From positions 196,976,001 through 197,040,000 of the forward strand of contig NC_058368.1 in NCBI RefSeq assembly GCF_018350175.1: 64,000 bases of DNA. The letters are read 5' to 3'. The notes under the pieces are model-generated. The model had not been told where the DNA came from. It made no database searches and saw only the letters and a program-made list of their open reading frames with translations. Shown piece by piece: positions 49,301 to 62,379 of the stretch; within the stretch, counting starts at the first letter, position 1; each line of letters starts with the position of its first letter. A program made the translations under genes and the position numbers. This stretch comes from Felis catus (lineage: Eukaryota).

Positions 49301-49563
49301 GCCCAACACGCGTTTTCACGGCTGCCCCGTGAGACCCGACTATCCCCGGCGCCATTTTTATAGAGCGACAGCCTGGGTGAGTGTCTCACGGCGTTTCGTC
49401 AGGCCTGTGTTCACTGAGGTGGACACGGGGCTGTGGGCAAAGAAGCATTTGCAGAGTAAACGGAGGTGTGCGGACCCCGGCAAAGGTGCACATCTCCAGA
49501 AGCAGGGAGGCTTTCCATTTTCGTTATGCCTCTAGTACTTCTCCCTAGCGTGCTGTCTGTTTA

Positions 49564-49784
49564 TTTTATTTTATTTTTTTTCAACGTTTATTTATTTTTG
49601 GGACAGAGAGAGACAGAGCATGAACGGGGGAGGGGCAGAGAGAGAGGGAGACGCAGAATCGGAAACAGGCTCCAGGCTCCGAGCCATCAGCCCAGAGCCC
49701 GACGCAGGGCTCGAACTCACGGCCCGCGAGATCGTGACCTGGCTGAAGTCGGACGCTTAACCGACTGCGCCACCCAGGCGCCCC
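49564..49784 (-). mobile_element. Young feline Can-SINE with TSD CGTGCTGTCTGTTTA
   Basis: TSD 49549-49563 and 49785-49799. Confidence 0.97.
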
Positions 49785-52700
49785 CGTGCTGTCTGTTTAA
49801 AACCAACCAACCGCAGTAAAGGGATTAGTTCTCCCTTCTGCCCTGTCCACTTTGCAAAGAAGTGGGGCCTCCAGGGTCCCGGTTTGCTGGCTCTGAGCGA
49901 CGCTCTCTGGATACTACAAATGCTGGTTTCTTCTGGAGCGTGCTGGTTGGGAAGAGCAGCCGGTTAGAATCCAGGTCACCTGTGGACACGCGGTGTGATT
50001 GCGGAAAGAGCCTTCCCCTCTCTGGGCCTCACTGTGATGTGGTGGGGAGGGGACCGGACTCCATGGTATCCCACTGGGGGGGATGGCTTGACCCCAGCCC
50101 ATCCCCTTGGTGTTAGTGTTGTCAGTGTGCTGGGAGGTGGACGGTCTGCATGGATCTCCACGGAGCGAGAGGGAAGGGGCACCGAAGGTTGAGGCTGGAA
50201 CTCCCCCGCTGGCTCTGACTCGCTTCCCCCGCTAGCCCACCCTATGCTCAGCCCAGAGCAGGCCACAGGGACCTGGGCCAGGTGGCTTTTCTGCAGCAGG
50301 ACTCAAAGTCTCAGAACGTTAGTGCTGGAGGCAACCTCGTCTCGCGCCCATTGCTCGGATGAGGAAAACCGAGGTACGGAGAGGAGAAGCAACCCGCTCA
50401 AAGTGATGCAGTCCGAGGCCCAGCTGGGACTGGCTCTTTCTACTCACAGAGGGATCCTAATCTGTTAGATCTTAACAAAGAGGCCCTGGGAGGGAGGCGG
50501 GAGAGAGGGGGCCTTTAAGTTCCTTTGGCTTTGAAGATGGAATAATCATGACTTCCTTTTCTAAATATCTTTTGGCCCTTCCTAGAACCAGATGGCGGAT
50601 GTTTGGAATTTATGTTGTAAATAGTGTTTAAGAAGGGGATGGGGGTGAAGATGTGTTACTTTCTCCATCTTCCAAAAGCCGGATCTGAAGGAGGGGATGG
50701 GGGGGGAGGGGAGCTGTGTATGAGATGGGGGAGAAGAGAGAGGAGACGGGGAGGAAGAGGGAGGAGTCATTGACCGAAGGGCAAGAGGGAGAGAGGCAGG
50801 GAGAGGAAGAAAGCGAGTGAAGACGGGGTGAGGGGTGAGAAGAGGGGCAGAGGGAGAGAAGGCGGGCGAGGGAGATGGGGAAGGGGCTCCCCGGGCTGCA
50901 GGCTCCCACAGGCTCCATCTCAAGTCCAGGAGCAAACCCTTGAGTTTTCTAAAAATAGCTCAGCTTTTCCCCCAGCGGGGCTGGCAGCAGGGACGGGGAG
51001 AGAGGCACGCTTGCCCTTTTATGGTAAGAAAAATTCAGATCCCCAGAGGGGGAGTTGGGCCAGGAGCCTGTAGTTCTGGATGAGGCCCAGCCCTGGGGTC
51101 CAGGGTGGGACAGTCTGGGTGAGGGCTGTGACTTGGTGGGATGTCCTGGCCGGTTGGGGGGAGTGGGAGGAGGGTAGCTCCATCGTCTGTGAAGAGAGGG
51201 CTGGGGTGGCCACACTGGAAAGCCCTGGGGTCCTGGTGGAGCCCCAGTGATGGAGTGCAAGACCTTAGAGAAACATCTGGTCCACGCCATCTCCCTGTTT
51301 TTAGAAGAAACTGCATCCCAGAGAGGGAAAGAGACCGTGTGGACGTTTGGGGTGTCAAGGTAAATAGATCCCAGGCTCACGTGTGGATGGCTAACATGCC
51401 CACTACTCTAAAGGGCAGCGTGGTTAGTGGAGAGAGCACTGGTCTGGGCATCGGGGGACCCAAGGGCCCACTTCCCATTTGCACATGGTTTGCTGTGTAA
51501 CCTTGAGCAATATGCTGAACCTCTCTGGTCTCTGATTCCCCCGCTGGGGTGATCTTCAGGGCCGTTCCAGCTTCTTGACTCTCTGGGAATTCCGAGGCTG
51601 GACAGCAGAGCTTGGGCACAGAGGATGCTGCTCCCCGTAGCGGGGAATCTGCAGGTTGCTGTTTTCGTCCTGGTTGACTTCCTGTGCTCAGGCAAAAGCT
51701 TAGATGGATCGAGACAGGGAGAGAGGAGGGGAGACTGAGGCAGATCATGGGTGGAATCTCTGACTGTTTAAGCTGGTTGGGTCCAGCCCCGCTCTGAACA
51801 CACTGAGGCCAGAAAAGACCTCATACTCATGGTCATGCTCAAGGTCATATGGAGGGTTGAGGCAGAGCCAAGAATAGAACCAAGGGCTTCCCCTCCCAGC
51901 CTTGGGCTCTTTCCTCTGCAGGAGGCCCCCCGTCTGCAGCAGCTGACAACGTGAGGGACTATCTCTGGACAGGAAAAGAGTGTTCCTGAGCAGAGCAGTT
52001 CGAACTCAAGATACACCGTCATCTTTTGACTACTTCTTGGGGATAGTTATGTCCTGGGGGGGGCACCTGCCTCTCTTCTGTCCCCTTCCCTTGGCTTTGA
52101 GGACCATATCGTAGCTTCCATCTCTGGATACAGGCAGGGAAGAGGCAAAGAAGGATGCACCGGGCTAGGCGGCCACCCTGGCAGTGCGATCTTGGGCAAG
52201 TCCCTCCCCCACCCCACCCCGCTGTTGGCCTCAAGGTTCCACATCTATGACACGCTCTTGTTAGGTCCCTTTTCGCTCTAACAGGATAATGACACTATGA
52301 GTTTAAAATTCAACACCAGGAATGATGACTAAGCCTCTGCTAGGATCGCCAGGGTGAGCGAGAGGGATTCAGTACTACTCTGTAGCTTTATAGTCCATTG
52401 AGGTGGGGACCCAGTGCCCAAGGTTCCTGGGAACCCCAATTCTGAACCCGGGCTGATTCTCTGACCCCAGCCTGAACCCAGAACTCACGGAGCTCTGGTG
52501 TCACTGCCGAGGCCCGGCTGTCCCCGTGGCTCTGCCCTGGCCTCTCTCTACTCTTTCCCACACGGCTGCCCTATGTGGTTCCCCTTCCTATCTGCCCACG
52601 GCCCATCTCTGCACACCCAGCCTTTCTGTGACTCAGCCCAAAGAGGCTTGCTTTCCTCTCACAGCCTCCTGTGACACCCCCACCCACTGCTAAGGGAAAA

Positions 52701-54216
52701 GAGGGACAGGAAAGAAATAGGGACAAAAATAAAGCGTCTTGTTCTAAATTGGAAGCTTCCCTGTGACCCTCCTGGAATTTCCATGTAGACTCTTGGGGGC
52801 GTGTGAACAGAGCTCCCAGGGACCCGGGCCCCCTCTGCCTCATTCTTGCTGGGGTGGAAGGCCATCGGCTGAATGCTCCCTGGAGACCCAGTCTTACAAG
52901 CAGGCTCCAGGTCTCCCTGGTCAGGCCTGGTGGGTTCCCTGGGAAGGACAAAAAGCAGCAGTGGGGTGAAAGGAAGTGGAGGGGAGGAGGGTCCCCAGAG
53001 GGCCTTTGTGAAGTCAGGGCAGAACTGATGTCATGCCTAGCTGGGAATCCGACATCCAGGCAGCAGGGGAGTTCAGTCCCAAGGCAGCCAGGGCTGTGAT
53101 GTGAAGTTCCAGGCTGGTGGTGGGAAAGGCCACGAGGCTCAAACTCTTCTAACTTGATTTCTCTCCACAGTGTCCGTGCTGAGCTTGCATACCTCTGGGG
53201 ATGGGGAGCTCAATCACCTCATCTCTCTTTGGACAGACTCTTGGAGACTCCTTCCTAATATTCCCACTGACACCTGCCCCTCTGGGACTGCATGTCCTGT
53301 CCTTTAAGGTTACAAAGAACAAGTGTCTGTTCCCTAGAAAGCTCTTTGGAGGTTTAAACATGGCGACTACAGCTCTCGGGCTCCCTACCCTTCCTAATCC
53401 CACCCCAGGTCTCCTATCCCATTATTTGATATCTCAGAGTCACTAATGCCGAATTCCCAGGGCTCTCCCCTGCGCTGGGGCTCTTGGCCTGACGGTGTTG
53501 GGGAAAGGATACAAGCAGGCTAAATAAAGAAAGGGACTCCCTCCCGAGACAGATACCAAGAAGGACATCTACCACTTAATGGCATTTTGGTTGCAGGCTA
53601 TTAAGGCCGCTTCGCCGTCCAACCTTCCCCACTTGGCCAGCCTCAGATCTCACCCGGCTTTAGACCTACCCTCCGTTCCGGTCAAATGCGCTTGTTTGCT
53701 GTTCTGAAAATGCCCTCCTAGTCCCGCCTCCATACCTTCGCACACAGAACTCTCGACGTGGAAAGCCTTCCCTTCTCCTCGCTGTCTATCCAGAGCATGC
53801 CATGCTGCTCCGACCACCCCTACTCCAGGTTCTCCCTCCCTGACAGTCCAGGCAGCCACCATCACCCATGGGATGACCCAAGCGATCTCCCTTCCAGCCC
53901 AAATCATGGAGCATCACAGCCTAAAGGGCCCGGAGGGACAGCGGAACTTAACCCAGTGTGTTAGCTGCAGAGCTGGGGTCCGAGTCCTAGCCTGATTCCC
54001 TTTATCACCATCTTGCCCCAGTTTATCTCAGCCGACACCCCTGGATTCAATGGGGTTGTCAGGTCACATGCCTGAGGTCTGGCAGGCTCCGGGGAGACAG
54101 GCCAGTGGCCTCTGAGCCTGGCAGACCAGCCAGGGGTGGTGCCCTGGCTGTTACAGATGCCATCCCGAGGCGGCAGCCTCCCTCTGGACACTTCAGCCCC
54201 ATCCTTGTTTGCCGAA

Positions 54217-54283
54217 TGAAGAAGAGGAGGAGGAAGAAGAGGAGGAGGAGGAGGAGAGGAGGGGGGAGGAGAAGGAGGAAGAA
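54217..54283. repeat. (GAG/GAA)n purine tract
   Basis: Directly visible. Confidence 0.9.
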
Positions 54284-55099
54284 GATGGTACAGGGTGGAA
54301 GCTAGTGGCAGTTGAGCAGTGTCCCAGTTAAGGTCACTGGGGCCAGTGTGTTTCCCAGTTCGGGGCTTCTCCTTCTCCCTGGAAGCATGGCTTGGGGCAG
54401 AGGAGGGCCATTCAGGAAGGGACCTAGGCTTGCGGCCCATACCGGTGCTCAGGGAGGGCTGAGGTGAGGCTGCTTCTTCCAGCCTTGGTCTGGCTCACTG
54501 CCCCCTCCTCAAATCTCTGCTGGGTGGTGTTGGGTGAGGGGCACCCAGGACTGATGGGCCCTCCCAAGGGTACTCAGTCCACACTACGGGGTGCTCATTG
54601 GCCAGAAGGATGGTTTGGCCAAGGTTTGCATTTTTGCCCTTGAGCAAGTGTGTGGATGGAGAGGGGGGGAGGATGGGGGTGGGGCAGGGGGAGCTCCATC
54701 TATCCCCTCACCATAACAATACTTAACCTAGAAGGAGGCACCAGGCTTCAAACGGTCTCCTTTCCAAATGCCTAGTCGGTCCCATCAGGCAAGCCAACTC
54801 TCGCTCGCTGACTCAGTGGGGCGGCGCTGGAGCTACGGGCACGGGGTCCTGGAGCCAGCCAGACCTGGGTCTGAGCTCCAGCTTGGCCTCTTACGAGCTG
54901 TGTGACTTCAGGCAAATGACTACCTCTCTCTGAGCCTCTGGGACCCCAGAGAGGGGCCAAGGGCTGGGCGCCTGGGAAGACTCGGCAGGCGGCAGTTGGT
55001 GTTTTTGCAAGAACAAGGGCAGTTTATCCCCCCCGAGGGAAGGAAGAGTTGGAGCCCACTACGGCGCCTCCTTCCCTCCCAAAGAAGCTGCCTTGAGTA

Positions 55100-55500
55100 C
55101 AACGGTTCCAGTTACCCGCGCTCAATGGCGGTCCGTGCAGAAGCAGGTGACCCGCCTTCCGAAGTCGCCTCAGAAGGTCAGCCTAAGGCTGTGTCACAGC
55201 GCCTGTGTCATCAGGTAGGCACTTTCCCCTCTCACATCATCACAAAGAGAGTGAGTGCAGTACGATAAGATATTTTGAGAGAGACGCCACACTCACAGAA
55301 GTTTCATTACAATACATTGTGATAATTGGTCTGTGTTATTAGTTATTGTTAACGTCTTACTGTGGCTAACTTCTAAGGTAAACTTTGTCACTGGTAGGTG
55401 TGCATAGGAGAAACACAATATGTACAGGGTTCAGCGCCCCCTGCGGTTTCAGGCATGCCCTGGGGGTCCTGGAGCAGACCCTGTGTGGACGAGCTGGACG
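55100..55500 (+). mobile_element. MER44/Tigger7-like DNA transposon derivative
   Basis: CAGTTACCCGCG...GCGGTCCG; ATAAGATATTTTGAGAGAGA; GCGGTTTCAGGCAT...CTGGGGGTCCTGGA. Confidence 0.8.
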
Positions 55501-55734
55501 GCTCCTAGCACATTTTAGCAGTTATTTGTTACCGGCCACTTGCTCTGTGCCCGGTCACTGATCTGAGGGCCTCATGCGTTTGAGCCCGTTTAATCCAGGC
55601 AACTCAGTAACCTGAGGAGACAGGAATTCTTATCACGCCCCCTGTCACACAGATGCTACGAGAAAGATCTGGAATTCAAACCCAGGCAGCCTGACTGCCA
55701 TTCGGCACCTTTAACCACCAGCCTCTTGCATCTT

Positions 55735-55948
55735 TCTTTTTTTTAATGTTTATTTTGAGAGAGAGAGAGAGAGACAGAGTATGAGCGGGGGAGGGGCAGA
55801 GAGAGAGAGGGAGACACAGAATCCAAAACAGGCTCCAGGCTCTGAGCTGTCAGCACAGAGCCTGACGTGGGGCTCGAACTCATGAACCGTGAGATCACGA
55901 CCTGAGCCGAAGTTGGAGGTTTAACTGACCGTGCCACCCAGGCGCCCT
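55735..55948 (-). mobile_element. Feline Can-SINE next to a MIR (~55520-55715, -)
   Basis: Full-length; CCACCAGCCTCTTG on both flanks. Confidence 0.92.
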
Positions 55949-56564
55949 CCACCAGCCTCTTGTATTTTAAACCTGTTCTGGCAGCCATCTGACACCGCCC
56001 CCCCGCCGAATCCCAGTCCCCTCTTCACCTGGGCAAAGAGTATCACCCCACCTCTGAAAGCCCCTTCACTCAGGAGTTGGCCTCAGTTTCCTCATCTGGA
56101 CAAAAGGGGCCCGGATGAGTTGGTCTCCACGGGCCATGGGAATAGGTGATTCATGCTGTGCGCTAAGGCAGGTTTTGAATTGGAGAAAAGGTTTCTGGTG
56201 GAGAAGCGTGGCTGCCAATAAGTCTCTTTTGCAAGCGGGGAGGGGGCCGCCTCTGTGGCCCTCGTATGTGTGGTCAAGTCCCGCGGGGCCTGTCTAGACA
56301 GGCCGCCCGGAGATGGCAGCCCCCACGGGCTCTTTCCCCCAAATTCCTGCAGATGATCGGGCAGGCGGCCTCTGGTTGGAGCGTAGCCGCCTCACACCGC
56401 TGGGCCGGGGGAAGGCCGCGTGAGCAGTGCTCATCCTGCCCCAGGGCCTCCAGGGTGCTCTGCGGCTTGGCGCATGGAAGGCGGCCTTCTAGACACCCAT
56501 GTGGACAGCGGCGAGCAGAGTTTTGTTCTTTTTCATCCTTTTTTTTTTTTTAAAGTAAACTCAA

Positions 56565-56980
56565 GGGGGCGCCTGGTGGCTCAGTCAGTCAAGCCTCCCC
56601 TCTTGATTTCAGCTCAGGTCATGATCCCGTGATTGTGAGATCGAGCCCTGTGTCAGGCTTCGCGCTGCCCCTCCCCTGCTCACGCTCTCCCTCTCCCCCC
56701 CCCCCAAAAAAAAAAGAAAAGAAAAGAAATCCGACCATTTTAAGTGTTGTGAAGGCGGGGGATGCTTGTATGCAACTGGTAGGAGTGCAACTTGATTCAG
56801 CCACTTTGGAGGATGAGCCAGTGCTCTCCTGTAAAGTTGACCAGGCATGTAGGCCAAACCCCAGCAATCTCTCTCTCAAGGTATAAATTCCAGAGAAACT
56901 CCGGCTCACAGGCACCAGGAGACGTGGACAAACGTAGTCATAACAGCAACCATCAGAAAAAGCCTTCATCACAGTTTTTT
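56565..56980 (+). mobile_element. Can-SINE (56565-56730) followed by an old L1 fragment
   Basis: SINE head and tail; L1-like CAGCCACTTTGGA...CCCAGCAATCTCTCTC...TATAAATTCCAGAGAAA. Confidence 0.7.
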
Positions 56981-57299
56981 GCACGACCCCACTGCCCTGT
57001 GCCCTGGGGACTATTCACTTGGAAGACAGTGGTTGAGGCAGGACCCAGGCATAGCCCAGCGGTGAGGACCTCGGAGACCATCTCCCTAGCTCCTCAGGAC
57101 TCGCACGGGGAATCAGATACAGCCCCGAGGGTTCGCGGTGACACTGGGCCTGGAACTTTCTATTCCCCAGAGCGATGTGTGTCAGCTCTTTCCCACAACT
57201 GGCCACTCTGGGAAAGGGCTGATTTTGCCCAGAGAGCTGCAGTGTGGCTCTTAGCGAGTCGGGACAAAGTCCTTTCTATCCTGGGGCAGCCGTGGGGCT

Positions 57300-57950
57300 G
57301 AGGAAAAAACAGTGGCTTTGAAACGAACTAGAACACTTGGCTTCAAGTTCTGGCGAGATCACCGTCTTAGCCAATCTCCTCTCTGAAATGGGATCCCTCC
57401 TCCCTGCTTCGAGGTGTTGCGGTGGGCAAGCCAAGAGCGTGTATTTTGGAGCTGCGGACTAGGTTCAAATCCCCTCTGCCACTTTCCTAGTTGTGTGACC
57501 TTGGGTGAGCTCCAGCGGTTTCCTACTCTATAAATTAGGGATAACGAAATGATGCTGATTCCTGCCTCTGGCTAATCCTGGGAGGATTAAATGATACTGC
57601 AAGTGATTCAGCCTGGTACCTGGCCTCCCAGGAAATCCTCCATGTATATTCACGAGGTCACCCCCACATTGGAGGGTCAGCAGGAAGTTCTGGGGTGGAG
57701 TGGCCGAGGGGCAGGGGGTGGGAGACCCCGGGGGGAGAGAGCAGCTGGGGCAGCTGGCACAATACATGTCCAGCCTTAACAATTCGCGAGCTAGGTGACC
57801 TTAGGCAAGTCACTTAGCCTCCACGACTCAGTTTCTTCATCTGTCCAATGGGGATCATAATCGCGCCTACCTCACAGGGTTGTTGTGATGATTTAGTGAA
57901 TTGTTTCATGTAAAGACCTTAGGTAATGGCTGGACCATGGCAATCGCAAT
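57300..57950 (+). mobile_element. Cluster of MIR fragments
   Basis: GGTGACCTTAGGCAAGTCACTTAGCC...CTCAGTTTCTTCATCTGT...CCTACCTCACAGGGTTGTTGTG. Confidence 0.8.
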
Positions 57951-58135
57951 ATAATTCTCGTATCTGCACCACCACCATGGAGTCCGGGATTGGGGAGTCC
58001 GGCTGCTTCTGTTCTAGCCCTGTCATCGGCTCTCTGCATGACCTAGAGCAGTGCTCTCTTATTGGATCCAGTTCCCTCAGCTGTGTTTGTGAGGGTCCTG
58101 GCTGCTTGGTCTCACAGCATTCTTAAAACTCTACA

Positions 58136-58345
58136 GGGGCGCCTGGGTGGCTCAGTCGGTAAGCGTCCGACTTCAGCTCAGGTCATGATCTCGCGGTCCG
58201 TGAGTTCAAGCCCCGTATCGGGCTCTGTGCTGACAGCTCAGAGCCTGGAGCTTGTTTCGAATTCTGTGTCTCCCTCTCTCTATGACCCATACTCTCTCTC
58301 TGTCTCAAAAGTAAATAAATGTTTAAAAAAAAATTAAAAAACCCA
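58136..58345 (+). mobile_element. Feline Can-SINE with TSD AAAACTCTACA
   Basis: TSD 58125-58135 and 58347-58357. Confidence 0.94.
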
Positions 58346-61300
58346 CAAAACTCTACATGTGTGGGAGCTCCCCCCAGGAGCTTGCAATGCAGATTCCTGG
58401 GGCCCCACCGACGGCTTAACCTCTGGCCTTTGAACTCATACCTGCTGTACCTTCTCTTTTCAGCAACTCTGAGCGCTCCCTGTCTGAGTTTCATTCCCAC
58501 TTTTCTCTAAACAGAGCTAAGGTCATCTTGCCCCTCGAGAGGAGTAGGGTCCGGTGGTAACATGACACCAGCCCCATTTACCCTGCTCTTGGGTGCCTGT
58601 GTCCCTCTCTCTTCATGACAACCAAGTGACGTCAGAACCATACTCATTTTATAGAGGAGGAAGCTGAGGCTTGGGGATAGCAAGTGACTCGCCCAAGGTC
58701 ACGCGTCTGGGAAGTTGGATTCCAGAGTCTCCTTTGGGACCATTATGGCCTCAGGTCTTATGTGACTAGAGTGGGGTAAGCAAAGGTGGTGGGCGGGCTG
58801 GTGTTGGAGGGTTGTGTTCCACTCTGGGCCCCAGATGTGGTCAGAGCATATTCAGAAGAGCGATACTGCCTGCACACCTTCCGGTGCCAATCCCAGGCCT
58901 CTGCCCCTGCACAGCCCTGCCTCGCGTGTCTGCTGCCTTCCTCCGAGGCCCCCACCACACCGCGTCACCCCTGCTGAAACCCTCTGCTGTGTGTTCGGCC
59001 CTCATGGCACCCCGAGGCCCTGCACCCCCTGGTCCAGAGATCAGCCCCTTCCCCACCAGAGGCTGCAACAGGGCCAGGCTCATCCTGAGGCCTCGGGGCT
59101 GTGGGCTGGCCCCCCCCCCCGGCCAAACCTACAGTCGGAGACCCTTCGGCTCCTTTCCGCCACTTGAGGCTCAACCTCTGAACGCTCCCATGGGCTTCAG
59201 GCATCTGCGTGGACTCTCAGCTCAGGGACTCGGGTGGGGGGCGGGGGACTTCCGGCACTGGCTGCCCTTTAGGCTGCAGTAGGGTTCCAGAAGCCACATC
59301 CTGCATGGAGACCTTGTTGTCCCACGGTTTCGTGGTACGGATGGGAAACTGCAGCCCAGAGAGGGTAGGGTGCCTGCCCAGGGCCACAGGGCCAGGCAGT
59401 GAGAGGCAGAGCTGGGGCTGGAGCCCACGTCCCCAGTCCCCAGCCGGCACCCTGGCCTTCCCCGCCCCTCTGCCGGTCTGCTGGAGCCTGCACTGACATA
59501 GCTTCGCCTCGGCTTTGCTTCTTGAAACCATTATTTGAAAACAGCTTTCCTTGCCAGGAGCCCCAGGCTTTTAGAACTGTGAAATCAAACCTCCCAGAGC
59601 AAGGAAGAAGCAGTGTCTCCAGAGAAGCCGGGGAGATGGGCCCAGGGCCGGCAGGACACGAACGCCGACCGCTCGCTCTGCTCCCACCCCCCACTTAACC
59701 ACAGCCACAGAGCCCTCCGGGCCAACTGGACCACAGACCCCGCCCATCCGGTCAGGGCAGGGTGAGCACTCAGAGATCGTCCAGTCCAGCCCCTGGACGG
59801 ATGGGGAAACTGAGGCCCGGAAAGGTGGAAGCGCAGAGCAGGTTAGCGAGAGAGCAAGGACCAGACCCCTGGCTACAGCATGCCCCTGCGGCGGATGCCA
59901 CAGATGCCCCCTGATTCGCAGACGCCATGTCTGCCACTGGTTCTTACCTCTCCTGGGGTCTGGTCCAGGTGTGGCTCCTTGTGGCCCGGACAGGGGGGGC
60001 AGCCCATTTAGGGGACGGTTGGGGGCGTCACTGCTTCTCAACTAACTTGACCGGGCCTCTGGCACCCCTTACCGCCACGGGGCATTTTTAAACGGCTGGC
60101 ACTGGGCCCCCCTCCCCTCAGCCCCTTGCCCGCTGCTCCTTGGCCACAGAGGGGCCCTCTGCCTTTTACCTTATATGAGCTGAAGAGGCGAGCCTGGTGT
60201 TGGGGTGAGGCGGGTGCTGAGTCCTCCCGGGGCCCCCCATTGGCCCGGGCGCCTGCCACGTGACCGCCTCGCCTTGACCTGCCCCCGGTGCCGAATGTTG
60301 CTTTTACCCCCTAAGGAAGGAGTGGTTGACAATTTTCATATTTCTTCTAAATTTGGAGATTTCAGACAATGCTGGGAGGCTTGGCTCCAGCTGCCAGAGC
60401 CCATGTGGAAGTCATTAAGCCAGAGAAGGGGGGGGGGCGCGGGAGAGAGGGAGGCAGGGAGAGGAGGAGGAGGAGGAAGGGGGACGGAGTTCTGAGACTT
60501 GCCAGTTGTCAGCCTGGGAACACGAGCAAACTCCCTGGGAGCTTGCTGTGTGTGAGAATTTCCTTCCTCTTTCCCCACTCCAGTGCCCCAGGACTGGAGA
60601 GGGAGTTCTGAGATGTTTCTGGGAACCCCCGGTGGGGAAGACACCAGTCCCGGTTCCTGAGGTCCAGGGTCTGGTAGGAATGGCAGGGGACAGGGGACCA
60701 GGAGGAAGCAAATTCCCTCTCCAGAAAGCCGGGGCCCTGATAGGCCAACCCCATGGTTGTGCAAAGGAGGTCCCGGGCCCCAGAGGGGAAGGGCCTGTCC
60801 TGTCACACGGGAGGCGGTGATGGTGTAGAGCCTGAATCCAGGGTTTCCCTGCTGGGATGCTCTCTCCCCACTGTCCTAGTGGTCATAAATGCCCTTCTCT
60901 CGCCAGTATGCTCCTTCTTTCTCATTAGGCTTCCTATAGAGTCCTTAACATTTTTCATGCCTCAGGGCCTTTGCACTTACAGCTCTCTGCCAGAAGTGCC
61001 CTCTCCCCAGAATTTCCCGCAGCTGGCTCCTTCCCCAGCAGCTGGTCTCAGCTTAAAAGTTACCTCTGGGGGAGGCTTTGCCTGGCCGCTGCACTACTCT
61101 CTACTATTCCCCTTGCTCCTCTGTGAAATGGGATAATAAAGCCTGCCTTCAGTGCTGCCACGAGGGCCGCGTGGCACCTGCAGTCTTGGGGGACGGGTCA
61201 GGCAGAGACTCTGGAATCAGACTCAGACTACGCCCAGCACCACCTCTGCTGTTTCCCAAGGGGACTGTGGGAGGGAGCTTGGGGAAGTAATTTAGCATCT

Positions 61301-62379
61301 ACGAACTTCACTTGCCTCCTCTGCGGAATGGGGCAAGAAACAGCACTTGATGAATTGCCAGCGTATGAGTAAGTGCTCCGCAAATGGGAGATCGTATTAA
61401 GGGTTATGATGCCAGACCCGAGTTATGGCAGACGCGCCGTCCCATTTAGGTCATTCCCTTCCGTCCTGGACCAAGAGCATGGGTTCCATTCATAAGCCCA
61501 TCCCTGGATAGGGAAGATCATGGTCGGGGAAGGCTTGCAACCCTCCCTCCCCGCCCTGCTCTGTCTCCCAGTTTCTCCCTCCAGAGCACCACAACAGATC
61601 GCTGGGTAAAAAAAAACCCAGCTGATAGAGCTATCAAAGTGATGGGAAATCCACCTTGGAGATTGTGAAACATACCTTATGCTTCTGTTACTCGTGTGTA
61701 ACCATCAAGGATTTTTCATCAAGGCAGAAAGGAAAAACAGAGAAAAACTATCAGTGTATGTTGTAGAGAGATCCACCAGTTCCATGGCCGAGAATTCTGT
61801 GCCCGGCTGAGCAGTGAGTTGGCTACCTCTGTCATCAGAAAGACCATCACCGGAGGTCAGGACAAGGACTTGAGCGACCCGGAGACAGATCCTAGGACAG
61901 GAGGTGTCCCAGCACCAAAATATCTTAAAAGGCTCACTAAATGGCAGCCACGTGTGACTCAGTCTCTGTAAATCTGTCTCCTGCATTTTGAAGCCTGTTT
62001 TTATTTCCTCCCATACCCTCTCTTGGGAGTTATGGATGCTTTATGTGTATTAAACACTCTGGGAAGTGGCTTTTTTTTTTTCCCAGACGGTGGCAAAAAC
62101 AGTCTTGAGAATCCCTGCACTCCCAGAGGAAACAGGTCAATAAGGCCCCGGCTTAGTGTGTGTGAGTAAAGTGTCCTGGGAGGTGAAGAAGGCTTCTTGT
62201 TAAGGGGGGGGGGGGGTATGAGCATGGGCTGGGTGAGTTCTGTGCCCCCAGAGCGTGTGTGCAATTAGGGGTAAGGGGAATCCCAACCAGGAGGGTGAAC
62301 GGCTTAGAGAACAGGAGACTCATGGCACCTGGAAGATGTCTTATAGCTTCTGGTGATCAAGGAAGAGAGTCAGGTGGTA

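Noticed and set aside
54105..54305. Protamine-like basic ORF (KKRRRKKRRRRRR)
   Set aside because: Product of the (GAG/GAA)n tract.
2611..58337. Recurrent MAQSVKRPTSAQVMISRS-type ORFs resembling a gene family
   Set aside because: All are translated Can-SINEs.
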